Notes: generated by a model not told the origin, from the sequence alone. A DNA stretch of 28,038 bases from a virus (IMGVR_UViG_3300020562_000018:1-28038), one strand, 5' to 3'. Shown: positions 14,435-24,637, numbered from the stretch's first letter. Made by a program: numbers and translations.

Positions 14435-17380
14435 TTATGGTGCTGTTGTACTTGCTAACAAGAAATAAACCGTTCCATCTATTTCTACTGCTACTGACCT
14501 ATCTGCTGTTGCTGCGTTTGTCAATACTTCTCCGAGTTTGTATGGTTTAGCAGCATATCCGGTTGGTGCTGATGTTTGAACCGATCCGTTGTCAAAGAAT
14601 GTAATCAAGTCAGTTGTGGTTGATGATAACCTTTTTGACATATGGAATTTCCATCCACTACCATCTCCAATGTACATCCTTCCAATGTCAGGAGAAGAGA
14701 ATCCACTTGCAAACCTAAGATTCGCAGCAGTAGTTGCAGGAATACCTGTTGAGCCACTAACGGTAAACAATCCAGAAACAATACCTGCGCCCGTAACTTG
14801 GAATTTCTCCCCCGTATCGCTCGTGCTTCCCAAAAGCAGGTTTCCACCATTTGTGAAACGCATCCTCTCGGTGTTATTGCTAACAAACACAAGAGGGTCA
14901 TTTGTGATTGAACCTATTGTAGTAAACCCATTTCCTGTAATTAATTTACCACTACTTGTTGTTGAGTATTGAGTTCTTATTTCTGACTCTACACTATCAA
15001 CTAAATGTAGTTTTGCCGCAGGCGATGTAGTACCTATACCTACGTTAGAAGAACCATTTAAGTACAATAAATTGTTTATCATCATAGGCTGAAAAGCAGC
15101 ACCATCATAAACCTGGAAAAAATTATACCCTGCACCTGTACTATATCCTAATTCAAATCTTCTTGCATTTGTTGCATTTGCTACAATTAAACCTAAACCA
15201 CTTGCTATACTTCCACCTGCCGTTACACTACTTGAGAATGTTGCTGCTCCTGCAAATAAAGCACCAGTACCAGTCCCTACAACAGAACCTATTGTTAGAG
15301 AACCTCTGTAAACTCTTGTATTACCATTGTCCGAAACAATAAAATTATTATCAGTATCAGCATTATTATTTATAAAAAATCCACTTGCAGAACCTACTAT
15401 ATAACTATTTAATCTTAATGGATTTGTTGATGTTATTATACTACCATTAAGTGTAATCGTTGAACTCACTCGTGCCGTTCCGTTGACATCAAGTAAGAAT
15501 GATGATTCGGTAGTTGTTCCCAAAAGTAATCGCCCTGCTGCGGTGAGTCGCATACGTTCAACTGTTGCAGGTTCAAATGCGATATGATAACCAGCAACTG
15601 TTTGTATAGTATAACGTGATGCATCTAAATAAGTAGCAGATTTTATTGCACCAAGATATAACTGATATATATCTGAAGATGTCGTAACCGATGAGGCAAA
15701 AGTAGCTGCACCTGTACTATAAGCTATTGTTAAACCGTTAGTTCCATCAGGAAATATGTTGACGTTTGTATTAGTTCCTATTGAAGCAGTTTGTAATGTC
15801 CAAGCAGGAGTACCACCAGCAGTTAGCCTAAAGTATAATTCTTTTGCTTGTGCAGATGCGTTTTTTCCACCTAAAGTAAAAACAGTTTGAATAGCATCTT
15901 GATTTGCACCATAAAACCTACCCGTTCCGTTGACATCAAGTTTAAAGCCTGCGTCAGTCGTAGTTCCCACAAGGAGGTTGCCGCCTGCTGTTAGCGTCAT
16001 CGCTTGGGTGAAGGTAATAGCGTTTCCAGCAGTGCCAGATGGGGCGGTATACCAACGATGTTCTCCACTTAATTGCCCATATACTGTAGCAAAACCTGTG
16101 TTAATATATTGGTCACCTGAGTTTGTATATACCGAATTGCTTCCTACAAAAGTAAATGTATTTGCAGCATAGATTGAACCACCATTTATTTGTAATGCTT
16201 TTGTTGTGTTATTCCACGCACTCGGCACTACTGCAAGACCGAGGTTGCCGGAGGCATCAATTGTTGCTCTAACTATTGCATTTGTAGCAATATGGAAAGG
16301 TGCATTTTTACCATTACCTATGTTTGCTGAATTTGCTAAACTTCCAGTAAACAATGCAGCACTTGGATTGGCATCAATACCCCAAATTAATGAAGCACCG
16401 CTACTTACCATTCTCATATACTGATAACCAGTAGTTGCACTTGTATTGGAATATAGGATTTGATTATCTCCTAATGTTTGCAAAATTTGACCAGATGTAT
16501 TAATTGTACCTACCACATCCAACTTATACGCAGGAGATGTCGTGCCGATGCCTAATTGTCCAGATGCATTTAATGTCATCGCTTGGGTGAAGGAGATTGT
16601 GTTACCTGCGGTGCCTGATGGGGCGGACATCCACAAATGTTCACCACTATTGTTTTGAATATACGCAGTTGATAAACCATTATTGAGATATCTTGCATCT
16701 CCTGTTTGATATGCACCACCAACAACATACGAGTTATTGGTTAATACAGTATAATTTGAGCCAGATTTATATGCAAACAAACTACCTGCTTGTCCAAATT
16801 GTTGAGCAGACCATAATGAACTCCACGCACTCGGCACTACTCCGAGACCGAGGTTGCCAGTTCCTGTTAGGCACATAATTTCAGTAGGAGCACCATTATT
16901 CCAAACAAACCTTTGAGTTGTTGTTGAATTAAATCCAAACTGAAATCCGTTAACACTATTTTGAAATGTAATTAATGCAGCATTGCTTATAGAAGTATTA
17001 CCAAGTTTTACAATATTTCCACCTATGTCTTCTAAATTACTATTCCCTAACGCACTACCACTTGTCCACTTAGGTAGGTAGTTGGTTGTTCCACTACCTG
17101 TCACACCTGCATCGCTATCATTGACCCAATTAGTGCCGTTGTATTTTAGCACTTGACCATTGGATGGACTTGTTAATACAATAGGCATTGTAAGCAACGA
17201 TCCATCACCCCTTAAAAGTTGTGATGTTGTTCCACTTGCAATATACTTTTGGAAGCGAGTATTGTTAGTTCCATTGCCTATATATAAATCAAATGTATCT
17301 GTTGTAAATAATGGCTCACCTGCTACCGCAGTTGGTATTGTTGCAACTAAACCCCTTTTAAATCTTAATGTATTTGCCAT
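14435..17380 (-). CDS. long modular tail fibre / receptor-binding protein
   Basis: N-terminus RFKRG......AGEPLFTTDT..LYIG. G/T/S-rich with repeated GIGTTSP, LDVNGT, ERMR and FTQAMTL motifs. Confidence 0.88.
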   Translation of the reverse strand: MANTLRFKRGLVATIPTAVAGEPLFTTDTFDLYIGNGTNNTRFQKYIASGTTSQLLRGDGSLLTMPIVLTSPSNGQVLKYNGTNWVNDSDAGVTGSGTTNYLPKWTSGSALGNSNLEDIGGNIVKLGNTSISNAALITFQNSVNGFQFGFNSTTTQRFVWNNGAPTEIMCLTGTGNLGLGVVPSAWSSLWSAQQFGQAGSLFAYKSGSNYTVLTNNSYVVGGAYQTGDARYLNNGLSTAYIQNNSGEHLWMSAPSGTAGNTISFTQAMTLNASGQLGIGTTSPAYKLDVVGTINTSGQILQTLGDNQILYSNTSATTGYQYMRMVSSGASLIWGIDANPSAALFTGSLANSANIGNGKNAPFHIATNAIVRATIDASGNLGLAVVPSAWNNTTKALQINGGSIYAANTFTFVGSNSVYTNSGDQYINTGFATVYGQLSGEHRWYTAPSGTAGNAITFTQAMTLTAGGNLLVGTTTDAGFKLDVNGTGRFYGANQDAIQTVFTLGGKNASAQAKELYFRLTAGGTPAWTLQTASIGTNTNVNIFPDGTNGLTIAYSTGAATFASSVTTSSDIYQLYLGAIKSATYLDASRYTIQTVAGYHIAFEPATVERMRLTAAGRLLLGTTTESSFLLDVNGTARVSSTITLNGSIITSTNPLRLNSYIVGSASGFFINNNADTDNNFIVSDNGNTRVYRGSLTIGSVVGTGTGALFAGAATFSSSVTAGGSIASGLGLIVANATNARRFELGYSTGAGYNFFQVYDGAAFQPMMINNLLYLNGSSNVGIGTTSPAAKLHLVDSVESEIRTQYSTTSSGKLITGNGFTTIGSITNDPLVFVSNNTERMRFTNGGNLLLGSTSDTGEKFQVTGAGIVSGLFTVSGSTGIPATTAANLRFASGFSSPDIGRMYIGDGSGWKFHMSKRLSSTTTDLITFFDNGSVQTSAPTGYAAKPYKLGEVLTNAATADRSVAVEIDGTVYFLLASTTAP
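15475..16858. repeat. three pairs of GC-rich direct repeats inside the tail fibre
   Basis: 20-bp exact pair at 15475-15494 and 15922-15941. 19-bp exact core at 15996-16014 and 16575-16593. 35/37-bp pair at 16213-16249 and 16822-16858. Confidence 0.9.
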
Positions 17381-17404
17381 ATATCTTGTATTATCTTATT
17401 TTAA

Positions 17405-18517
17405 TTACCAAGTTCCATAATCACCAACATCCCAAGTCCTATTCGCACTCAAGTCATAACTCACATCATTTATAGTAAGTGTGCGTGTAGTTGGGACTTT
17501 ATTGTTAAATGTAGTCCAATCAGCACTACTTAACGCACCCCTATTTGTTGCTGATGCAGTTGGAAGGTTAAATGTATGTGTGTCTGTTACTGAACTAATC
17601 GCAAAGTCTGTTCCGCTTGTACCCGTTGCAAAGTATTGTGTATTTGCAGTAAGTCCGTTTAGTGCTGCAATACCTCCTGCAAAGGTTGTAATAACCTCGC
17701 ACAGATGACTATTCTCTGTATGTAATCTTGCTGTTCTGCCACCGCTATTATCTACTATATAAACCCTAATAGCTAACCTATCAGAAGTTAATAAAACTGT
17801 TTCGGGCACTGCTAAAGAAGTGAGGTATAAATCTATTGTAGTACCTCCTGTGATTTCTTCAGGTACAGCAGATGAACTTGCAATGCTTGTAAAAGTTGTA
17901 CCATCATATTTTAATAGTTCAACATAAAATTTAGTATTGCCACCACTTGAACTAACATTGAAATACATCTCAAAGTTCCACGCACCGCCAGGAATCAATA
18001 ATCTATTTGGATTAGCTACATCAGTTAAGAACTGTGCAATCAATCCATTACCCACTAAAGCAAAGTCTGTTCCTGCACCAATGACAGCACTATTTGCCAT
18101 CTGCTGATATCCTGCAACACTTGCTGCAACACTACCATTTAAATAATAATTAACAGAAGAACCACCACTTGAACCACTTGGTAAGGTTGCTAATTGACCA
18201 TCTCCACGAATATATTGAGAAGAAGTACCGACTGCTGTTACCGCTATCGTTCCATTGCTCGTTAAGGGTGAATTGCTGACCCCAAATGCTGAAGGCATAG
18301 AAAGACCAACCGATGTTAGTCCAGAATCGCTATTATTTACCCAAGCAGTTCCATTATATTTAAGAACTTGACCATTTGTTGGACTTGTTAAAGTAACATC
18401 ACCAAGTTGAGTCAAAGTATAATCACCTTCTTCAGCAACTACTGCGCCAGACCTACCAAATACTGATGTAACTGTATTAGGTTCAATAAATGCTCTAAAT
18501 GATCTATTTATTCTCAC
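17405..18517 (-). CDS. tail fibre / fibre adaptor protein
   Basis: VTSVFGRSGAV, NGQVLKYNGTAWVN, LTSVGLSMPSAF and GALSSADWTTFNNK fibre motifs. GTG start coupled to the upstream stop. Confidence 0.8.
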   Translation of the reverse strand: MRINRSFRAFIEPNTVTSVFGRSGAVVAEEGDYTLTQLGDVTLTSPTNGQVLKYNGTAWVNNSDSGLTSVGLSMPSAFGVSNSPLTSNGTIAVTAVGTSSQYIRGDGQLATLPSGSSGGSSVNYYLNGSVAASVAGYQQMANSAVIGAGTDFALVGNGLIAQFLTDVANPNRLLIPGGAWNFEMYFNVSSSGGNTKFYVELLKYDGTTFTSIASSSAVPEEITGGTTIDLYLTSLAVPETVLLTSDRLAIRVYIVDNSGGRTARLHTENSHLCEVITTFAGGIAALNGLTANTQYFATGTSGTDFAISSVTDTHTFNLPTASATNRGALSSADWTTFNNKVPTTRTLTINDVSYDLSANRTWDVGDYGTW

Positions 18518-18768
18518 CAGGTACCAAAATTAATTGATGAAGTTTTAGTCCATAACCCAGTACTTGAAATATATTGCAACACATCACCATCAGATGCATT
18601 TAAAGCTGAAACATCATATAATGTACTTAAATAATTTTTTTCAGCATAATCCATTCTTATATACACAGGAGCATTTTGCTGCCCACCAATTGTAACATTA
18701 GTAACGTCATACGTTACTTTAATTATTGGGTTAGTAACGCTATATACTATTTTTATAAATGTTGCCAT
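18514..18768 (-). CDS. small tail fibre-related protein
   Basis: L..LYDV....ASDGDVLQY....GLW motif. Ends NFGTW. Confidence 0.65.
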   Translation of the reverse strand: MATFIKIVYSVTNPIIKVTYDVTNVTIGGQQNAPVYIRMDYAEKNYLSTLYDVSALNASDGDVLQYISSTGLWTKTSSINFGTW

Positions 18769-19107
18769 CTATGATGTTATTTGCGATTCAACTTGCACAA
18801 ATCCTTGCATCCAAGTATATGAATTAGTAGAAATTCCTACTTGTAATTCATAAGTATATTCGCCTGCTGCGTATGAGTTAGTAGTAGTAGGTGTCAATGT
18901 AACCCTTCTTGTAAAATTGTCAATTTGAACAAATACAGCATCCAACCACTCAATCATCACCGTTCCACTTGAGTTTTTTGCTTGCAACTTAAATACATAA
19001 GTGCTTACGTTGATAGGTGTACTCTCGCACTCATCATCATAAAATGACAATGTCATTTCCCATGTGTCACCCTTCTTTATCGGCCTTAAATTATGTTCGC
19101 CTATCAT
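18769..19107 (-). CDS. baseplate upper protein (BppU N-terminal-like)
   Basis: IKKGDT, YTYELQV and W..G...V pattern, between tail tip and fibres. Confidence 0.6.
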   Translation of the reverse strand: MIGEHNLRPIKKGDTWEMTLSFYDDECESTPINVSTYVFKLQAKNSSGTVMIEWLDAVFVQIDNFTRRVTLTPTTTNSYAAGEYTYELQVGISTNSYTWMQGFVQVESQITS

Positions 19108-19132
19108 GTTGTAAATTTAAGATTTATTATGG

Positions 19133-19741
19133 TTATAATGCAATGTAAGCAGCAATAACTGATGTGCCATTTAATGCCGTTCCAAGTGATATAACAAATG
19201 ACCCCGTAACTGTGTAGTTATAGTACCACTTGCCACCATATCCAACTGCAACGAGTTTGTGAGTGGCAGGGTTCCTTGCAGGAATAGTACCACTTGTTAC
19301 TGTGTAAGTATCCACTACCGTCAACTCAGTAAAGCTGCCAGTACCTTGTAGGGTATAGTTATAGTTTGCAATGCTTCCAACTGTGCTATCAAGAGTTAAA
19401 TCTTGTATATAACAATCAAATTGATATATACGATAATTATTTTGAGCATCAATTAAATCAAGAAAAGCAGTAAATTTTGTATCACTACCAGTAAAAAAAT
19501 CACCAAAAAACTCAATTGGGTGCATGTAGTTTTGAGCCATCTTTACCAATCCACTACCGCTAATGGTGAAACCCCTTCTCCCCGTTATATATTCACGATA
19601 TAGTCCATTTGTTTTTGGTGCTAACTCTAAGAAGTCCCTACTCAATGTAATTGATGAGTTCTTAGCGCAAGCCAATGGATAGACATTATCTTCATAAAGA
19701 TAAGCTATAACTAACCCTTCTGATTTTACTGCGTCTGCCAT
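19133..19741 (-). CDS. tail-tube-like protein (second paralog, distal tail position)
   Basis: LACAKNSSITLS...REYITGRRGFTISGSGL and YIQDLTL...YTLQGTG resemble the siphoviral tail tube fold. Confidence 0.65.
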   Translation of the reverse strand: MADAVKSEGLVIAYLYEDNVYPLACAKNSSITLSRDFLELAPKTNGLYREYITGRRGFTISGSGLVKMAQNYMHPIEFFGDFFTGSDTKFTAFLDLIDAQNNYRIYQFDCYIQDLTLDSTVGSIANYNYTLQGTGSFTELTVVDTYTVTSGTIPARNPATHKLVAVGYGGKWYYNYTVTGSFVISLGTALNGTSVIAAYIAL

Positions 19742-22185
19742 TATTGATATATATATTTAACTTGATAAGGGTCATAAGTAGGAGTGCCTGGTACATAGTA
19801 ACTAAATGTCAAGTTACCCAATCCTATATTAATCTCATCAACATTGTTTGAAATACTAACAAACATAATATTACCAGAATTGATAGTAGATATATTGCTC
19901 AAATTTAAGGTAAATAATTTTGGAAGCGTTGTACAATCAACTACCTGTATCGCTTTTGATACACCATTTATAATAAAATTAAATATTACATCAGTGCCAC
20001 TTGTTAGTGAGTTTATTGTACCATTTATTACACAACTAATACTTGGTGATATTGATGTAGTGCCTGTGTAGGTAAAAGTATTCCCAGTTGAGATTGTGAA
20101 GTCAGCACCACTAACAATAGTCCAAGGAACTTTAGTGATTCCGATATAAGTATTGTTTGTTGGGTCAGCATCAAAATTCTTTAATACATAATCATCAACA
20201 TCCCTATCATTATCAAATACCTCAAGAAGTGTGGCGTTCCAAGTTGATGAGGCAAAGTCAATCTCTTTTAGGTTCAATATTGCATAAATTTTGTTGGGGT
20301 CATCATCAACAAATTTTATTGTATTTATTAACCCAATTGGCTCAGTTCCATCATCCCATGTAAGTCCAAAGAAGTTAGCATCAATCTTATTCCTATCAAT
20401 TCTATTGAACTGCCAATGAGCAATTGCGTTCTCTTTTCTAAATCCTTCAATCTCTGATACATATCTACTCCTATGCCATTGCCTATCTGTGAGTGATACC
20501 CCATCTGCCCTTAAAAGTGTGCCTTTGAAGTTATTTGAAAAGCTATCATCAAAGTATATTTCACTTTGGTCAACCATTTTTAGATTGTCGGCCTTTGTGA
20601 AGATTGACTGAACACCCGTAATATCAATTTCATACTGACCATTAAACCCTGTCAATACTTGCACTTGTAGTGACTTATACCAAGACTCTTGACCGCCACT
20701 CTCCCAAGTCCTAAAATCATTTAATAATATAATATTTATATTACCAAAATCTGGACAAGGCTGTGAGTCAACACTAAGTGTGATCCAATCACTATACAAT
20801 GGATCATTAGATGTCAAATATGATGTGCCAAAAAATTGCTCATTTGTACTAAATGTTGCATTTGTTTGTACCCATGTACCATCATCTTTTAAATAGTAAT
20901 TATTTACATTACCATATAAAAGTATATATGCTTGCCTTTTTTTACCATCATCAGTAAACACATTTTTATACCTTGTATCTACACTAAACCTTATTTTTTC
21001 ACCTTGCAAAATCTCAAGGTCTGTTGATTTAATCCACCTATAAACTGCATTTGATGATGCAATTGCAGAGTCAAACCTTACATAATTATCTTCTAAAATT
21101 CCATAAGCACCATCATAAACCTCAACTCTTGTGACTGTGCCAGTAGTAGGTGTTGTAGGTGTTGTAAATGTTGGGGTAGAACTTGTACCACCTTCTTGCC
21201 TTGTCCAACTATCAAGATTATATGATTTAACATTTGAAACATCACTAATAAAAGACCCTCTTGAAAATGAACCATTTTGAACTATCTCATTGATTGGGTC
21301 ATAATTATATTGTATAATGTCTTTCTTTGTCCTTCTTTTTAAGAACCTTAACATTTCTGGTGTTATAGGTTTAACACTCTCTCCAACACCGACATTCACA
21401 TCGTATCTATCATTAAGCAATGTCCTTGTGCCAAGAAGTGACCTAAATCCTCTTATATTCTCTGTTGTAGGGCAATATAACTCCTCAATCCTAAATATCA
21501 CCCATTTACCCTTATACATATAAATGGTCTGATTCCAAGCTGTGTTTAGCTTCTCAATCGCAGTATAAGAATCATCATATTGAAGAACATCAATCTGAAA
21601 AGCCTTTGCATCAACTGTACATTGATCAAACCCTGTGTATAATGCACCATCATTCATTGATGCATAAAATAGGTTTGAGTAAATTTTATAGTCTACAAAA
21701 TTTTGAACTGCTCCTTGCATTGCATATTCAACAATCTGAAATGGAGTGAAAGTTCCAATCAACTCTGCCCCATTATTTCCAAGTTGAGTTTCTTTTAGCA
21801 ATCCAAGACCCTCTGTGGCTCTAATTGTTAAAACATGATTTGTATCAACCCAAGTCTCTTGAAAATCATCTTGAGTCAAATATCCTATCCAATAATTTCC
21901 CCAAGTCCCAAAATCAAAATAAACAATAACATCATTATCATTATCCATCATAAAGTCATCAGTAGTTACCCCACTTGCTGACCCAATGATGTTCATTGTT
22001 GCCAATTGTGCTCTAATTGGCTTAAATATATTCTCATCAGTATTAAACTCACCAAGAGTAAATGGTTTGTCAGCACCTACTAAAGTAGTTGATGCCCCTG
22101 TCCATCCCTCAAAATCAAACCTAACTGTACAAGTTTGACCCTCAAGTGTCTTGAAACTATATCTATATTTTTCTGCTTTAGCCAA
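19741..22185 (-). CDS. tail tip / baseplate hub protein
   Basis: 814-aa beta-rich protein right after the tape measure. Contains an ATEGLGLLK motif. Confidence 0.7.
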   Translation of the reverse strand: MAKAEKYRYSFKTLEGQTCTVRFDFEGWTGASTTLVGADKPFTLGEFNTDENIFKPIRAQLATMNIIGSASGVTTDDFMMDNDNDVIVYFDFGTWGNYWIGYLTQDDFQETWVDTNHVLTIRATEGLGLLKETQLGNNGAELIGTFTPFQIVEYAMQGAVQNFVDYKIYSNLFYASMNDGALYTGFDQCTVDAKAFQIDVLQYDDSYTAIEKLNTAWNQTIYMYKGKWVIFRIEELYCPTTENIRGFRSLLGTRTLLNDRYDVNVGVGESVKPITPEMLRFLKRRTKKDIIQYNYDPINEIVQNGSFSRGSFISDVSNVKSYNLDSWTRQEGGTSSTPTFTTPTTPTTGTVTRVEVYDGAYGILEDNYVRFDSAIASSNAVYRWIKSTDLEILQGEKIRFSVDTRYKNVFTDDGKKRQAYILLYGNVNNYYLKDDGTWVQTNATFSTNEQFFGTSYLTSNDPLYSDWITLSVDSQPCPDFGNINIILLNDFRTWESGGQESWYKSLQVQVLTGFNGQYEIDITGVQSIFTKADNLKMVDQSEIYFDDSFSNNFKGTLLRADGVSLTDRQWHRSRYVSEIEGFRKENAIAHWQFNRIDRNKIDANFFGLTWDDGTEPIGLINTIKFVDDDPNKIYAILNLKEIDFASSTWNATLLEVFDNDRDVDDYVLKNFDADPTNNTYIGITKVPWTIVSGADFTISTGNTFTYTGTTSISPSISCVINGTINSLTSGTDVIFNFIINGVSKAIQVVDCTTLPKLFTLNLSNISTINSGNIMFVSISNNVDEINIGLGNLTFSYYVPGTPTYDPYQVKYIYQ

Positions 22186-24001
22186 CTCTATTAATTTGTG
22201 CGTTTGTTCTATTCAATGCTCCAACAAGGTCTGACCCTCTTTGTACAAAAACAACTTGTCCACTTAAACTCATTCCACCACCATTCACACCACCAAATGA
22301 AGGATTTGCTACACCACCGAACCCTAAAAATCCACCACCCTTGGTAAATGAACCAAGAGTTGCCATTATACCTTTTGCTGCTCCAACTTGCGGGAATAAA
22401 ATATTTGTTAGTAAATTAGCTATTCCACTAACTATAAGTTGAGTAGCAATTTTTTTAATTATTCCAATTGCCATTTTACCAAATCCTTCAAAAGCACTTT
22501 TACCTTTAGTTGTTAGATTATCAAACAACAAACCAAATGGCTCAACTAATGATGATTCAATACTACTTTTTGTTTTATCAAATACAGCTTGTAGGCTTTC
22601 AAATTGAGACTTTAAATAGTCAATTTTTGAACCTTGATTAAATGCAATATCTTGTTCTATTTTAAGAGGATCAGCAGTTTTTCTGAATTCTTTAACCCAA
22701 TCAAATGGGTTTTGATCCATTTCAATCATTGCACCATCTAAAGTAGCTTTTGTTAAATCTTCTTGTGCTTTTGCTTGTTTTTTTAATTCTTCAGTTCTAT
22801 TTTTTAAGGCTTGCTGTTGTAATTGGTTTGTGTAAAATTCAGCAAGTCTTTCATTTGATTTCCTTGTTTGTTCTTGAAATTTCTCCCAATCTTTAGCTTG
22901 TTGATTTATTGCTTTTGAAGCATTTTTTAAAGCTGCATCTGCATCCTTTTGTCCTTTTACTAACTTGTCAACTTCAGCATTTACAACAACTAACTCTTGG
23001 TTTACTTTGGTTAAACTTTTATTAAAGAAATCTGCTTCAGCACTTGTCTTTTGAAAAGTATTTCCAACGGCAGATAATACACCAGTTACACCTGCATCAC
23101 CAGTCTGGAAGAATCCTTTCAATTGTAAACCAAGAACATCAAAGAAACCACCAGTTTTTAATTTTGCACCCAACTCAAGCTGTTCTTTTGCTGATTTAGA
23201 TATAAGTTCCCTTATTGAATCAGCTTTACCCTCAAGTTCTAATTGTAGAGAAAATAACTTAATTCTTTTTGCTATTTGTTCATTAACTTTTCCTGTTGCT
23301 ATTTCTTCTTTACTTATACCAAATAATATACCAGGATACTCTTTATTAAGTTGAGCATAAGCACCATTCCTTTGCTCTAATGTTGAATTAGTGCTTATAA
23401 GAATACTGCTCAATGATTTCATATTTGCAACCTCTCCGGCTATCTCTCCATTAGACACAGCAAAAGCTGAGTTTAATGAGTTTTGCAAATCTCTTTCCTT
23501 TACTTGTAACCCAAATATATCTGTTACAGCAGCCCCTAATGAACCATAAGATTGAACAAGGCTTGTTATTCCTGAAATAGCTGCACCAATGGCAAAAGAT
23601 AAACCAGCAGGGCCTACCAATGCAGAGCCAATTGATTTAAATGCGTTTGTTACTCCTCCACTTTCTTTGCTTAATTTTGCAAATGAATCAAATACTCCTG
23701 GCAAGTTATTCTGAATGGCAACAAAACCAAATGGCAAATCTCTTGCTACTTGATTAAGTGAAAATAAAGCATTAGCACCATCTACTGCACCTTTTGGTAA
23801 TTTATCAAGTCCTACTTTTTTTAAATCAACAAGACTGTTTTCAAGTTGCTTAATTTGCTTATTTGTTTCAACAATAGCTGCGCCAGTCTGAGTCTTTAAT
23901 GAATTTCTAAGGACTTTCAGTTCAGCATCAACCTCACTAATAGATTTAGTGAATTTGCTGATGTCAGCACCTATCTCAAAAACAAATGGACTTGAACTCA
24001 T
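22178..24001 (-). CDS. tape measure protein
   Basis: 607 aa, helical and A/G/K/Q-rich, with an IGADI N-terminus and QVARDLPFG. Follows the tail chaperones. Confidence 0.88.
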   Translation of the reverse strand: MSSSPFVFEIGADISKFTKSISEVDAELKVLRNSLKTQTGAAIVETNKQIKQLENSLVDLKKVGLDKLPKGAVDGANALFSLNQVARDLPFGFVAIQNNLPGVFDSFAKLSKESGGVTNAFKSIGSALVGPAGLSFAIGAAISGITSLVQSYGSLGAAVTDIFGLQVKERDLQNSLNSAFAVSNGEIAGEVANMKSLSSILISTNSTLEQRNGAYAQLNKEYPGILFGISKEEIATGKVNEQIAKRIKLFSLQLELEGKADSIRELISKSAKEQLELGAKLKTGGFFDVLGLQLKGFFQTGDAGVTGVLSAVGNTFQKTSAEADFFNKSLTKVNQELVVVNAEVDKLVKGQKDADAALKNASKAINQQAKDWEKFQEQTRKSNERLAEFYTNQLQQQALKNRTEELKKQAKAQEDLTKATLDGAMIEMDQNPFDWVKEFRKTADPLKIEQDIAFNQGSKIDYLKSQFESLQAVFDKTKSSIESSLVEPFGLLFDNLTTKGKSAFEGFGKMAIGIIKKIATQLIVSGIANLLTNILFPQVGAAKGIMATLGSFTKGGGFLGFGGVANPSFGGVNGGGMSLSGQVVFVQRGSDLVGALNRTNAQINRVG

Positions 24002-24300
24002 TTTCCTAATCTTTTAAAGATTTCTCTCATCTCATCCTCACTCATCACGTTGCCACTTTCTTCATCACCTGGCAACTGCCACAATGCTTCTGGTGTTTTT
24101 GGTGCGGTTTTAGGATCACCCATTAACCGCACCATCGTAAACATCAAAAGTCTTGTTTGCTTATATACATCTATTCTTTTAATCTCATGCCCTTTCATCA
24201 TTAATGAAAAATGGCGAGGACTCATACTATAAAAGTCATTAGGCAATAAATTCAACTCACCAAAGGCAAATGATTCTATTTCTTCAAACGAGATGTCTTT
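23998..24300 (-). CDS. tail assembly chaperone C-terminal (T) part, reached by -1 frameshift
   Basis: The -1 frame reads KDISFEEIESFAFGELNLLPNDFY... and is open from the A-run at 24306-24298. Confidence 0.8.
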   Translation of the reverse strand, partial: KDISFEEIESFAFGELNLLPNDFYSMSPRHFSLMMKGHEIKRIDVYKQTRLLMFTMVRLMGDPKTAPKTPEALWQLPGDEESGNVMSEDEMREIFKRLGK

Positions 24301-24635
24301 TTTTTTGGCTTATCATCTTCTTGTGTTTGTTTGATGAAATCGCTTTCAGTCCAAACATTTATCACATTTTTTATTTGATTCAATGAATCTTCATTTTTTA
24401 AATTAGATTCAACCCAATCAACAAAATACTCAAATGATAAATCTATCTCAACATCTTTTATAAGGCAATTATTATAATAGCCACTATAAATAATGTGTGC
24501 AACACCTATTTCGTTTAATTCATTGTTCTCAAATGCCCTTCCTTCTATGAACTTTCCTTGAAGGTATCTAAAAGATGCCATCCCGAATTTTAGCCCAATC
24601 TTAGTTTCGTTGATAGTAATAGTAGTATAGTTCAT
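24276..24635 (-). CDS. tail assembly chaperone (G-like)
   Basis: Between the tail tube and tape measure genes. Ends in slippery CCA AAA AAA AAG. Confidence 0.8.
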   Translation of the reverse strand: MNYTTITINETKIGLKFGMASFRYLQGKFIEGRAFENNELNEIGVAHIIYSGYYNNCLIKDVEIDLSFEYFVDWVESNLKNEDSLNQIKNVINVWTESDFIKQTQEDDKPKKKTSRLKK

Positions 24636-24637
24636 AA

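Noticed and set aside
15475-16858. Tail fibre repeats considered as diversity-generating retroelement TR/VR or invertible shufflon
   Set aside because: Repeats are short, direct and all within the coding frame. There is no adenine-specific mismatch pattern and no reverse transcriptase or invertase in the window.
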